This document shows positions 13,634 to 27,490 of a DNA stretch of 64,000 bases, piece after piece. A program made the translations under genes and the position numbers. Location of the stretch: NCBI GenBank assembly GCA_964016885.1, contig OZ024741.1, forward strand, positions 280,488,001-280,552,000, in the 5' to 3' direction. The notes beneath the pieces were generated by a model. The model was not told the DNA's origin. It saw nothing but the letters and a program-made list of their open reading frames with translations, and did not search any database. This DNA is from Eledone cirrhosa (Eukaryota). Each line of letters starts with the position of its first letter. Position 1 is the first letter of the stretch.

Positions 13634-13800
13634 ATACAGTGGAACCTCGGTTCACAAACTTGATTCGCTCCTGAAAGCTGTTCGTCACCCAAAATGTTCG
13701 TAAATCAAAACTATTTTTCTTATATGAAATGTTGAGAAAAAAATACAGTGAGAGAGAGACTGTCTCTGAAAGTCAGATAGTAACTAACTACGCAACAAGT
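13634..13800 (+). mobile_element. pogo/Tigger-type MITE fragment; near-complete copy at 43992-44282, another at 57933-58100
   Basis: Starts TA-CAGTGGAACCTCGGTTCAC. The 44-kb copy has both TIRs (GTGGAACCTCAGTTCA ... TGAACTGAGGTTCCA). Confidence 0.75.
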
Positions 13801-14621
13801 GACGTTTTCCTGCCAATACTCCCAGCTTGTGGCCAACCATTGCGGCCCACTTTGTAAAGTAGTACTACTGGTACCATGACAAAAAGCACAGTCTACCCTA
13901 TAAGGTGTTAGTGCTGGTACCATGACAAAAAGCACACAGTCTACCCTGTAAGGTGGCAGTGTTGTTGCCACAATAAAAAAGCACCCTGTCCATCCTGTAA
14001 AGTGGTAGTGCTGATGCCACAACAAAAAAGTACCCAGCCCACCATCTAAGGTGGTAGTGCTGGGACCGTGATAAATTGCTCCTATTACATGCTGTAAAGT
14101 GGTTGTCTAAAACAGAACATATGATTAAGACATGGTAACTTGGCTGATTTAGCATCAGTATGTGACAATCCATCTAACTCATGCAAATATGGAAAATAGG
14201 TGTCAAACAGTGATGATTATGATACTATAAATATTTGAATTTACAAGCCCACTTTTAGAACGTTAAGAGTTAAACTGAGTATTGTATTAGGTTTAACACA
14301 TACAGATGAATAATTACCTTCAAAGTAAAGAAAACGGTTTTTAACATAGGCACAAGACCAGTAATTTTAGGGGGGGGGGGGGAAGTTGATTAAATCAACC
14401 CCAATACTTTACTGGTACTTCCTTTTATCAACCTTGAAAGGATGAAAGGTAAAGTTGACCTTGGTGGGATTTAAACTCTGAATGTAAAACGCTGTAATTT
14501 AATGCCACAAAGCATTTTCTCTGACACTCTAATGACTCTGCCAATGTTCCAACACTAAAGTAAAGAATATAACGAAACAATAACAAAAGTTTGCAGTTAA
14601 TTTTATTGTTGTTTATTTTAG

Positions 14622-14691
14622 AATTATTCAGAATTATGCCTTGCGTGAAGAAACCGGTGTTCTGTCAACAGACTACATGGATATAAATAAG
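14622..14691 (+). CDS. CCDC186: CCDC186 coding exon: (R)IIQNYALREETGVLSTDYMDINK
   Basis: ttttag|A...AAG|gtcagt, 70 nt, phase 2/0. Matches the family motif IIQSY.LREE.G.LS. Confidence 0.94.
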
Positions 14692-15059
14692 GTCAGTTAC
14701 CCTCTTTGTGATTTCTACTGAAATATTACTACTAAACTTCATCCAGTATCATCCATTTTCTCTTCTCTTTCATTTTTCTTTACTTTAATTAACATTATTA
14801 TTATTATTATTATTCAGTGCATTACTGATACTTTATTTTATCAACCCCGTAAGGATGAAAGGCAAAGCTCACCATGGCAGGATTTGAATTCAGAACATAA
14901 GGTTATGGCCCTTTACGTTCTAAATTCAAATCCCGCCAAGGTTAATTTTGCCTTTCATCCTTATGGAGTCGATAAAATAAAGTACCAGTAATGCACTGGG
15001 GTCGATTTAATCGACTTTCCCTTTACAAATTTGATATCTCAGTCATATATGTTATTTAA

Positions 15060-17065
15060 CCATGAAATTTGCCGAAATGAACATCAAGTTGCTACCTGCA
15101 GCCTTAGATATTCAGGACATATCAGAGGGTCTTTGCTATTCCCATTAGGCATGCCTTTTGAAGTGTTCCAAAACAGGGGGCTGGGCTAATGTCCTTTAGC
15201 AAGCTTTGGAAATTTTTTGAGATAGTACCTAGTGCTCCTGTGATAATGGGGACAACTTTGATCTCATGGCAGTCCCAAATCCTTTTTAATTCCCATTTTA
15301 GATTCTGGTACCGGTTAATTTTCTCCTCCTTTTCTTGCACTCTTGTGTTAAAGGGGCAAGTTACATCTACTATCCAACAAAATATTTTTCCTTGTCAAAA
15401 TCCATCAGGTCAGGCCTATTGTGTTCTAATTTCTTATCTGTCTGTATCCTGAAATCCCACAACACCTTCCCCCAATTATTTTCTATCCCTGACTCTGGTT
15501 TATGCTCATACTACTTCTCATAGTGGAGTAAATTATTCAGTTTGCATAAATGCCAGTGAATCACTTTTTCTATTATATCGTGCCTCCATCCTTTATAATG
15601 AGTCTGGGCTAGGTGTTTACAATCAGATACAATGTGAGCCACAGTTTCCTTTCTCTCTCCACAGATCCTGCAGAGCAGGCTCGCCTACTCCTTGTCAATA
15701 TAATATTTCATCTACTTCGTTCTCAGGGCTTGTTCCTGTGCATCCAGTAGCATTCCCTCGATAACTTTCTTAAGGTTCTCTTTCTTTAAACAGTCCCATG
15801 TCTGTGGATCTCTGAATTATGTTTACTTCAAGATGCTATGAAGAGCTTTTTCATTCAGATTGTTCTTCCTCTTTGTCATTACAAAACAAGGGTCAAGAAT
15901 ATGAGAGTATGGACAAACAATAAAGGAGACAGACTATCTCCTTGGAAGATACCTCTCTTGATTTTTCACTCCTCCCAAGGATTCTCCCTGTTCTTCTTGC
16001 TATTACTTAATAGCAATCTGATATGTGCCATCTTGAAGATTTCTAGGCACTTATCAAGAATAAGAAGCCATATTCTTGATAAGTGCCTAGAAATCTTCAA
16101 GATGGCACATATCAGATTGCTATTAAGTAATAGCAAGAAGACTGCTTGATATCAGGTGAAATACTGCAGTGATCAACAAAAGGTACCACGATTCTAATAA
16201 TGAAGAACCGAACCAAGGAAAATGTCATTACCAACTATAGGCCTATCATATGTCTATCCTTGATGTGGAAATTGGTAACAAGAATTATGTCTAAGGAAAT
16301 CTACCACCATCTTGACATAAACAACTTATTGCTGGTGGAACAGAAAGGATGCTGAAAAAAGTCCTGTGGTACAAAAGACTAGTTATTTATTGACAAGATG
16401 ATAATAAGGAACTGCAAGAGAAGGCATACTGGTCTTGCCATGGAATAGATAGATTACAAGAAGGCTTTCAATATGGTTTCTTATTGAAAGCCTTCTTGTA
16501 ATCTATCCATTCCATGGCAAGACCAGTATGCCTTCTCTTGCAGTTCCTTATTATCATCTTGTCAATAAATAACTGGTCTTTTGTACCACAGGACTTTTTT
16601 CAGCATCCTTTCTGTTCCACCAGCAATAAGTTGTTTATGTCAAGATGGTGGTAGATTTCCTTAGACATAATTCTTGTTACCAATTTCCACATCAAGGATA
16701 AACATATGATAGGCCTATAGTTGGTAATGACATTTTCCTTGGTTTGGTTCTTCATTATTAGAACCGTGGTACCTTTTGTTGATCACTGTAGTATTTCACC
16801 TGATATCAAGCAGTCATTGAACATGGTTGCCAGTATGCTTAGTCCAATATCCTTGCACACCATCTGGGCCTGGTGATGTACAGTTGGGTTTCAAACAAGA
16901 TACTAAAATCAGGTTGTTGCTGTGCTTGTTCATTAACCTCCTTTTTAACAGTTACAATCCACTCTGCCCGACTATTATGCTCAACAACCTGCTCCCAAAT
17001 CCCTCTTCAAAATGTGTTGTGTTCAGCCTCATGGATAGCATTGTTGCCTCTTTCTTTCCTTTCTA
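15060..17065 (-). mobile_element. Decayed R4/Dong-like non-LTR retrotransposon (RT, CCHC knuckle, restriction-like endonuclease) with an internal double inversion
   Basis: Minus frames have [39 protein letters not shown]...ETVAHIVS.C and KEEKINRYQNLKWELKRIW...VVPIITGALGT. Confidence 0.85.
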
Positions 17066-17509
17066 GTTGTTCAAATAATTGTTTCTACTTTTGGCACAAG
17101 GCCAGCAATTACCCAGTGCATTACTGGTACTTTATTTTATCGACCCCGTAAGGATGAAAGCCAAAGTTAACTTCGGCGGGATTTGAACTCAGAATGGCAA
17201 GGGCCGTAACTCTATGCCTCAAAGCATGGCGTCCGACCCTCTACCGATACTGCCAATCCACCAATATCTTCTGGTTGTTGTCGAACATGCAATTTTATCT
17301 ATACTGGTTAACTCTGCTCTCATATCTTTTGATTTTTGCACTTTTGGTTATTATTATTATTATTATTGTTATAGAGTTACGTCCCTTGCCATTCTGAGTT
17401 CAAATCCCACCGAGCTTAACTTTGCCTTTCATCCTTACGGGGGTCGATAGAATAAAGTACCAGTAATGCACTGGGTAATTTCTGGCCTTGTGCCAAACAT
17501 AGAAACAAT

Positions 17510-19280
17510 TATTATTGTTATTTGACCGTTTATCATGACCATCTTTGATGTTGCTTTGGGCTGGTTATTTTAGGGAATACCAGGTTACAACTAGTTATGT
17601 ATGTTAACTCCAACTTTTTCATATCATTCTTTGTCATTTCACTGCTGCTGGTAGTCCAGAACCTTCAGGTTCTTCACAGTAAACATGACTTCTAGAGTGG
17701 TTCAATCCCGTGTGCAAAGTTTATTTTTGACAGGTAGTTCTCAAGGTTTTTTTTGTTACCATGCCAAGAACACCAATCATCACTGGGAAGATGGTGATTA
17801 TCTTCACTTCATCACTCCAGCATTCAAGATCTCATATTTTAAGTCGGTATATGCTCCTATATTCTCTTTTTTTCGTTCAATTCTGGTGTCAAAAGGATAA
17901 GCTACATCTATGAGGGTACAATTTCTTTCCTTCTCTATTACAACTATACCTGGTTTGTTGTGTTCAACCTTCATCTTGGTTTTTATTGTGAGATCCGATC
18001 AGAGCTTTAACTTATCGTTCTCTAGCACTCTCATCTCATTTGTAACACCATGTTCATAGCTTTTTTCTGCACATAGAAATCTATACTTTTTACACCAGTG
18101 CAACACAGTAGCCACCTTATCATGTCTGCCTTTTTTATAATAAATCTAGTCTTACTGCTTACACTCTGAAATGATATGGACAACTGTCTCTGCTTTCTTC
18201 CCACAAATTTTGCAGTCAGCTTGAACATCTTTCTCGTTTATGTTTTTCACTACTCACCTTGTCCTGATGGCTTGATCTTGTGCTGATAATATAAGTTCTT
18301 CCGTTTCTTTCCTAATGTAGCTTTTCTGTAACCATAATCAAGTATTTTTGTTATCACATGTTTCTTGTTTCTTTAAGAAATGCTGAATATAGGAGCTTTA
18401 CATCAAATGCTTTTTTATGGTCTTCAACAATCACAATCTTTGTGTTTTCTGAATCTCCATTTTTCTCAAATAGCCTTACGTGACAATCTTCAATATAAGC
18501 TTTTCTTTCTTATATTTTGACAGCATTCTGTATACTCAGCAATCCCCTACCTCCCTTCGTTCTTTTCAAATAGTCTGTCTGTATCACTTTGTGCATGCAT
18601 ACTTCAATAGATATTGAGCAATTTTTCTTCAACTTTACTTTTGTCCATTCTACTATACCTGCCTATACCTGGCACAGTATTACCACCATTGAAACTGGAC
18701 TTAAAGATCATTCTCAATCTTCGAAAGTACTCTTTTCTGACAATTTCTTTTATTTTTTTATTTTTACTTTATGACTTTGTAGCACACTTAGATATTTATA
18801 TGCTTCATCTGTTTCCAGTGACTTGATTCTTTCACCGTTTGCTAGTTCAATTTCACCACACCTTACCATCTTTCTATGCGTCACCTCTATCGTTGCACAT
18901 TTTGAAACATCAAATTCTATCCTAGCGTCTTCAGAAATTACTCTATTTGCACTAAGGTGCCTAGCTCTCCTACATTACGACTGTATAGTTTAAAATTATC
19001 CATAAACAATAAATGATTAAGTTTGTTCCTATCTTTCCCTAGACTGTAGCCTGTACTATTTCAACAACAAACACAATTGTTGATAAACTGTCTCCTTGGA
19101 AGATACTCTGTTTTATCTTCACATCACCTAATCTTTCTCCATCTGATGCCAACTCTACTTCCCATTTAGCCATTGATTTCTCCATAAGGATTTTGATGTT
19201 GTCTGATACATTAAAATATCCAATCAGTGAAGAATCAAAGAATGCGGCACCATGTCATATGCCTTCTTGTAGTCAACCAA
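17510..19280 (-). mobile_element. Second decayed R4/Dong-like non-LTR fragment
   Basis: Minus-strand remnants DVKIKQSIFQGDSLS, LNHLLFMDNFKLY, RKETEELIL and HNKPGIVV. Confidence 0.7.
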
Positions 19281-19589
19281 GCAATACCACTTTATAGAGT
19301 AGTCTGGGTGCATTTTATCATGACACCAGTAGGACCAAACCACCTTACAGGGTGGACTATAGGTCTTTTTGTTGTGGCACCTGCACTACCACCTAACAGG
19401 GTAGACTGGTTACTTTTTGTCATGGCACTTGTAAGACCATCTTACAGGTTGGACTGGGTACTTTTTGTCATAGCACCAGTAGGACCACCTTACAGATTGG
19501 ACTAGGTGTCTTTTGTCATGGCACCGATTTAGATTTTAAACATTGTTAGGAGTGTTTTGTCTACTGATTGATTGAAATTATTCAATTAC

Positions 19590-19750
19590 TATATTATATA
19601 TGTAAGACCTTACTGTTCTCTATATTATATATCTAAAGCCCTACTGTCCAATTCTCTATATTATATATGTAAGACCCTACTGTCCAATTCTCTATATTAT
19701 ATATATGTAAGACCCTACTGTTCTCTATATGTGTAAGGTCCTACTGTATT
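19590..19750. repeat. Minisatellite, ~32-39-bp unit x5 (TATATTATATATGTAAGACCCTACTGT(CCAA)TTCTC)
   Basis: Direct inspection. Confidence 0.8.
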
Positions 19751-21884
19751 TGTAGCTTTTTATTTTTTTTATTTTATATTTTTATTTTTTATGTGCAAAA
19801 AAAATTATTTCAAGTGAAAATTTTCAAAAAATCTCAACCTATGTTGATATGCTGTAGTTGCATTAAATAGGCTGGAGTTGCATTAAATTCTTATACTATA
19901 AACGCTATTTACAAAATGGTTTTGAAGATTTTAAAGTTATGTATAAAATTAAGTTACTGTGTTGGACTTAAGTTTTAGATATTTGTAATGTTTTTTCTTG
20001 AGTAAAAAAAAAAAAAATCTATGCCAGTGTAGAAATTATTTACCATCATTGTCTTCATTATTGATTTTCCATGTTGTTATGGATTGGCTGTTTGCACCAT
20101 TGCCTACCAGAATTCATGTGATTATACATTGTTTCATGTGTAAGGATTAAATCACTGATATCTGAGAGATGCATTTCATTTAAGGTCTTCTTCAGCCTAC
20201 TTCTACCTTATGTGATCTCATTGGACCAGTTCTACCTATTGTACAGTATATTTTCACCCAACTTCCATTCAATTTGAATATCTATACCACTAATTACATT
20301 TCACCTTTTTGTTACCATATTTCACACAAAAATATACTGCTTTTCTCTTTTAATTCTCAAAATAATCAATAATTATAAGTGGCTTTGCTGAAATAAGTAA
20401 CTTTCAACTCAATAATAACAGACAAAATATTTAACTACTGAACTCAAGTTCCTGTTGTTGGAGTGCCAATCTAAACATTTTACTGTGTGTCCATCATGGC
20501 ATCTCAGTGAGTCTTGCTGGTGCCTATCTCTCACTAAGTTTAGCCTGCTAACAAAAGCAGTCACCAGGGTGTGGCTGAAGAAATATTATATCAACTATGT
20601 TGAATATTATATCAACTATGTTACAGCCAAGCACTTCAAAAGACTATTGTTTTATAAATCATCTTCTTCGCTAATATTGTTCTCATCCATTGATTCAATC
20701 ACTTTTTAGGAACCATTTCTGGTTGTTTGGTCTTTATAATCTACAATTAGATGTTTATCTATGACTGTATAGTTGTAAGAAATCTTCATTAACCCTTTTG
20801 ATACCAAACTGTGTAAACCACCCCACCAGCTTCTATGATACAAAACTATTGGTTTTAAAGTATAAATACTTATTTACAAACCTCAACTAAAATTTTATGT
20901 TAGGAGCGTTGTTAGGTTATATTACTAAATCCAGATTCTCAATTATTTTTTAAATGATTTGAAAATTCTGGGTAGTGTCTTTCATTAGAAATATGTTAAT
21001 GAAAAATTTATTATTATTATTATTCTGACGGTAGATTGGCAGAATCAATACAACAATGGATAAAATGCTTTGCAATATTTAATTATGTCCCTTTATATTT
21101 TAACTTCAACGCTTGTCAATCTTGGTTTTGTTTTTTGTCCTTCCCTTCTGTGCTTGAGAACATAAGTAACAGTCAAGTACTGGGGTCAGTAGTGGACCTA
21201 CATTCTTGGGAAACCTGAATTTTGATCTTTTACAGGGTTAGGGTCACTGAAGCTTAAAGCTTCATTAATTTCACAGTACATCTGCCACAGGCTAGAGTTG
21301 CTGTAATCAACTATACCTTTTCTCTTGAAAGATTTCTGTCCATGGATCTAAACAAGAAATCAGGATTGTTGTTATTAGAGCAGTAAGGGTGGTGGATTGG
21401 CAGTATCGGTAGAGTCGGACACCATGCTTTGCAGCATAGAGTTACGGCCCTTTACGGCCTGAGTTCAAATCCCGACGAGGTTAACTTTGTCTTTCATCCT
21501 TACCCGGTTGATAAAATAAAGCACCAGTAATGCACTGGGGTCGATTTAATCAACTTTCCCCTCGCCTTCTAATTACCTATACTAGAAATCGTTATTATTA
21601 GAGCAGTATATTAGGGTGGTGGATTACCCATATCGGTAGGGCATTCGACAATATGCTTTACAATATAGTTACAGCCCTTTACATTCTGAGTTCAAATTCT
21701 GCTGCAGTTAGCATTGCCTTTCATCTCTACGGGGTCGATAAAATAAAGCACTAGTAATGCACTGGGGTTGATTTAATCAACTTTTCTCTCTCCCCCAAAT
21801 TGTTGGCATTGTGCCTAAATCAGAAACCATTATTAGGCCAGTACATTTACAGAATAAGCAGAGGAATTGACAAAATCAACACTG

Positions 21885-22040
21885 GCATAAGTATATGGCT
21901 AATAAGTTTTCTTTGTAGCTATGTAGTTTCAGGCTAGGTTCGACTGAATAGCATTTACAACATGTGTCTTCTACCATAGCCTCAGGTTGACCAAAACCTT
22001 GTGAATGAAATTTGGTAGATGGAGATTATGTGAAAGCCCA
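21885..22040 (+). mobile_element. Decayed SINE of a second family
   Basis: TGTCTTCTACCATAGCCTCAGGTTGACCAAAACCTTGTGAATGAAATTTGGTAGATGGA resembles a common octopod SINE body as recalled. Confidence 0.55.
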
Positions 22041-24844
22041 TATAAGAGAGTGTTTTTGTTTTGGGGGTAATATAATCCACTACTTAATTTAACACCACCA
22101 CCTCTCTTCCCTGGCTGCTTTTTGTAGAGTTTGTTCAATTACAAGAATTTGGGCTAGGTCTTTGTTCTGAAAAAAAAAAAAAAAAAAATTCTTCCCATCT
22201 TGAAAATCCTGAAATGTGTTTTGGACATTTCTCATTCTTCTCTTATTTTCTCCTCGGCATTAAAAAAAAAAGCTGATAACTGTGGAGAAGCTTTCTACAG
22301 CACTTAATTTTGTATTTTATTATTTAAAGTTTTTAATATGGCTAGTGTTGACATGACTATTAATTCTTTTAATGTCAAATCAAATAAGCACCATGGTTGA
22401 TTCAATCAACCATGTCTCCTCTCTCTGCAAAGTACACCATTATTGTATGAATAAAAGAAAAATTATACATACACACACACACACTTGTATACTCTTTCTT
22501 TCTCTCTCTTGCATTGACAAACACACTCATGTATAGTCTCTCTTTCTCTCGTTTGTACATACATACACACATATATATAGTTTCTCTTTCTCTTGCTTGT
22601 ACACGAGTACACACACACATATATATATATATATATAGTCTCTTTCTCTCATTTATACACACACACACATGAATAATCCACAAGCACCTATTGAAATTTC
22701 TTTTTCAATTTACTTTTATCATCTTTTTTATTTTTTTTTTTAATTCATCATACTCTCATTTAGTAGACACTGAAATATATTTTTAAAACATTTTTTATCT
22801 ATTTTCGAAAATATTTTAAAAATTTAATTTCTCTCTACTGTTACATGTTGCTTTTATTAGTAATCTCTTTTTTTTTTCAGCTACCTTAGTTTTTCACAAT
22901 CTTGACCAAATATGTTAGTGTAATGGTAGTTTCTAGACAGAGGAATGGAATGTTTTAATGCATTATTAGAAAGACGCTTCTTCAACTGATTCTCTCCTTA
23001 ACCATAGTAATCAGCAATGCTTGCTTTATTAATTTTGTTTTTCTCTAACACTTCTTTTTATACATCTGTATCCACACACACATTGATTTCTAAAATTTTA
23101 GACCATTTGTCAGTCAATTGAATCACCTCCATTACTTAATAGTTTGTTTTATCAACTACTGAAGGATGAATCAGTTAGGCTTGAACTTTGAGTGTACAGT
23201 GACATAACTGTCACTCTATCGATTCTGCCAATCCACTACATACTATATTACATATTACATTATTGAACCTAATTATATTATCAGAGCAGTGGATCTGCAG
23301 TATCAGTAGAGTGTTGGACAACATGCTTTATGATATATAGTTACAGCACTTTACGTTCTGAGTTCAAATCCCACTAAGGTTAGCTTTACCTTTCATCCTT
23401 ATGGGAGCCGATAAAGTACCAGTGGGTTTGATTTAATCGACTTCCTCTTCCCTTGTTCGAAATGTAGAAACATTATGCCGCCGAGGTTAACTTTGCCTTT
23501 CATCCTTACGGGGTCGATAAAATAAAGTACCAGTAATGCACTGGCTAATTGCTGGTCTTGTGCCAAAAAGTAGAAACAATTATTATATTAGTATCCTACC
23601 CAAATCTCATTATAAATTTATTTATTGTTATCTCTGCTTAGCTTTTACTATATATTGAAATAGAAAGCCTTCTCAAAATTGGACATTCCAGCAACTAAAC
23701 TGAAACAAACGCCCTCAGTTAGCTAAGTTGTTGGGGGTTATTGGTTTTAAATTTCTGTGTTTCTGTCCACCTAGCTGCAAATAGGTCCCATAAGGAGACA
23801 TGAATAGTTGGTTACCATTTCATACTCTGAGAACTTAATAACTGATGATTGCATTGTTAGTTTATCTCACATCTTCCCAACAATTTAGATAAGTCAGTCT
23901 ACTTCATTTGTATGGATATATTTATTTATTATGGCCTCTAGGCCTTAATCCAGCAACTTTAACTACAACTGATGCCATATCTTACAATCTAAAATCAAAA
24001 CCGAGTCAGGGCTAAACTAAACTCATTTGAAATATTTCATATATTGGAATCATAGAAAGTCAGTAAGTAAATTTGTAGTTTAAAATAATAAACTCAAATG
24101 TTTCTAATCTAGTCAAACCTGTTGGTTTAGTTTTCTCAGTGTAGGATTTGTGTTGTTTGGAACAAAAGGAGAATTTTTTTTCCAATTCTACCAATACCCT
24201 TCTATCTGTGTCCATTCTCTTGCATTTACTGTCTGAATTGCTCTGTAAAAAATAAGTTAATAGTAACCACTGCTTCATATCTGCTTTCAACATTAAAAGC
24301 ACTTAACTTTTATTTTAATCATCCTCATCATAATATCCTGTCTTTACCTCCATCTTTCATTGATTGCTTCCAGAAACCCCTTATTCTTCTCACCTGTTCC
24401 CCACCTTACAGAAACCCCTTATTCTCACCTGTTTCCCTACCTTCATTTTTTTTTTTTTTTTTTTTTTTTTGTCTTATATATTTTTTTCGTTTCCACACCT
24501 GACCTGACAGGCTGTTGTTTCCTCTCAAAGTGACAAGGTAGGTAGCTACTGCGACACCACCACACCAAACTTCTGTGTTTCTTTATTCCTTTCCTAGTGC
24601 TTTCATATCGTTTCCTTTTATCTCTCCTCAAACATAGTTTCCAAATTAACAACTATAATTACCTCCCCTTTTGTGCCTTGTTTATTTGCTTCTTTTTTTA
24701 TGTGTTTTTACATTTCTTCTATCGGTATTTTAAATTGTAATTTTAGAAAGTATTTATTTGTACATTTTTTAATAAGAAAAATCGTGGATAGTTTAATTCA
24801 GTAGCATTTTCATGTTGACATGAAAACCATTTGTTAAGCCTTTA

Positions 24845-26230
24845 ACATGGGTGGAGAGAAAGCTATCCCTGAAAGGTCGAGCGGAGGTGGTTAACGCGTA
24901 CATCGCGTCCGTCATCTACTACCGCCTGACCGTCGTGCCTTGTCCTAAGCCTCGCCTGACTGCACTGGAGTGTTTGCTCTTTCACTTTTTGTGGAAGGGA
25001 CGCGCTCCGATGGTCAGGCGGTCCATCTGCTGTCAACACCCGCTACGTGGAGGGCTGGGCATGCCGTGGCTGATGATGCGCAGACACGCGCTCAGGCTAC
25101 GACATCTCCACCTCTTCCTCGACGGTGATCAGGTGTGGTCGCCGTTTGCTAGACGCGTCTTTCCCCAGCTCGATTCCTTGACGGAGCTGCAGTCCTGGGT
25201 CAAGCGAAGACCGAGAGGGAGCGCTTGGAGACTGGAATGTCTTCAGGCGCTCACAGCCCTCGACCAATCGGGCAATGTGATCGGTGGAAACTCCACCTTG
25301 GCGTTCTATAGAGGATTAGTGGAGGGGAAAAGTGACAACGTACTTGGGGAAACTCTAGGCGTCGACGAAACAAACGCCCTCAGTTAGCTAAGTTGTTGGG
25401 GGTTAAAATCAACTAGCCAATCTCTTTGGAGGAACTTTCGGGCCGGGACAACTTCCAGAAATCTCTGGCCTGGCAGTGCTACCGAGGAGCTTTGCCAGTT
25501 CAGGATAAACTCTACAGGCATGGAGGTGCCGTCAGCCGGGCATGTCCGAGATGCACGCAGGGCGACGAAACCGTCCTGCATGCACTCGTCCAGTGTCCGA
25601 GCATTGCTGACTTGTGGGTTTATGTCGAACACCTGCTGTCGCATGTAGAACGGATCCGACTATCAGCTGAGTCCATTGTGAGGATTGCCCCACCCTCTTC
25701 CTTTAGCCGGGAAGGTCAGGCAGTTTTTATCTGTCTGGTGGTCATGGCGAAAGAGATAGTATGGTGGACGCATCTGAAAGGGCTGAAGACGAGCATTTAC
25801 CTCTTTGGTGATGCCCTGATTAACTTTTTCCAATTTCATTTGAAAAGGAAAATCAGGGTAGAGAAGGAAGTGCTCTCTTTCCAGCATTTTGTTGAAAGAT
25901 GGGTGAGAGAGGCAAGAATGGCCCGAGTGAATGGACCTACTCTGAGTATATGCCTGTAAATTGAAGGTGGAAAACAGGGAGAGGACACTTGCCCTGGTGG
26001 TCAGGGTCACCGTGGCTTTTTTTAATGGGCTTTCTCCACGATGGCCCTCAGAAGTCTCCCCCCTATTGGGGAAATTTTCATTGTTCTTTTATTACATCCT
26101 CTGTTTTTTGGGGTTTTTTTACACGCAGAAATGCTTATTTGTACAGTCTTGTATTGTCCTGTACTGTCCTTAATGTCTACTTTGTGTAAACCCTTGTAGT
26201 TAATAAAGAAAGCATTATTATTATTATTAT
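24845..26230 (+). mobile_element. 5'-truncated Tx1/L1-clade LINE (ORF2 C-terminus with zf-RVT, 3' UTR, (TTA)n tail)
   Basis: GC-rich island. ORFs 24851-25387 (RKLSLKGRA, FLWKG, GGLGMP) and 25426-25959 (LAWQCYRGALPV, CPRC..GDETVLHAL..C). AATAAA precedes (TTA)n at ~26200. Confidence 0.88.
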
Positions 26231-27028
26231 TATATATACAAAATATATAGAACAGAAACCATTTTTAAAAATGAGAATTTAAGATTAATCACTGCGTTTA
26301 TATTGGTTATATGGAACTGTAAAGGTTGTATTTCTAGTTAGACAACTGCAAGAAAAATATTGGAAAAAAGGATTTTGATATGCAATATTTTGTACAGTTA
26401 TGAGGTCTTCGGAGTTATTCAAGTTATGCATGAAAATGTTGAAAGCAAAAGTAAGGTTATGCGTGATCTTGGTGTGGAATGCAAAAACTCAGTTCTCAAT
26501 TCCTTTTATTTAAACTTAATCTACAAAGACATCACTAAGGAGTTCATTACTGAATGCAAATTTCTCTAAGCCTAATTCTACTTGTAGTCACTGTTGTATT
26601 CCATCACAATTGTTCAAAAGCTAGAAGAATATATAGTCTTGAGTAAAAAGGCCTAAAAAGTTAGTATGGTTAAGATTAAGGTACTACATTGAGTACGCAG
26701 TTATTATTGCTGTACTTGAAAGGAGTAGGCAGAAACTCTAAACTGTGTAGTGAATTCAAACAAAGAAAGAGGACACAAAACGTACTACTGGGTATCTTGT
26801 GAGCAGATAATAAATAAATCTGGAAGAGCCTGAACACTGAAGCAACTAATAGCCAAAACACAAAAGCCACAGATTTTTTTAATGGTTCATTGGAAATAAT
26901 AGATATCTGCCACATGTAGCATGACAGTCATTATCTATTATGTAAGTGAAGAGCTAGAGCTAGTATAGTGGCTAGAGATGAAGTGAATGTAAAGATTATT
27001 AGAGAGTCGGTTGCTTTTTTGAAAACAA

Positions 27029-27084
<56 letters not shown>

Positions 27085-27490
27085 TCTCTCTCTCTCTCTC
27101 TCAAAGACAAACTATCTAAAACATCTGCAACAGGCGAACATGAAGAAATGCAGAAGCTTTTTTATTCAAGCCAGAAAAAACTGACAAAAATTATGGAAAG
27201 CATAATTTATACACTAGTTGCATATAAGGAACATAGTAGTAGAGAGAAGCTATACTGGATACGACACATCTAATCCATGCAATCATGGAAAAATGGACAT
27301 AAAGGATGAGGAGGGGGATTACTGTGTGTGTAGTTCAGATGTTACTAATTATAGACTATTAAGATCATTATTCAACTTAGTACAATATACTTTAAAGGAA
27401 GTAGTGTCAACACTATATAATGCATGTAAACCATATGATCAATCGTATACCATTTCAATTGTTAAATAGAAAATGAATTCAGCATACCAA

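Noticed and set aside
22870-22975. Strong acceptor-like sites in the long intron (also ~32817 and ~39080) as extra CCDC186 exons
   Set aside because: Phase-0 reading hits a stop within a few codons and there is no matching donor.
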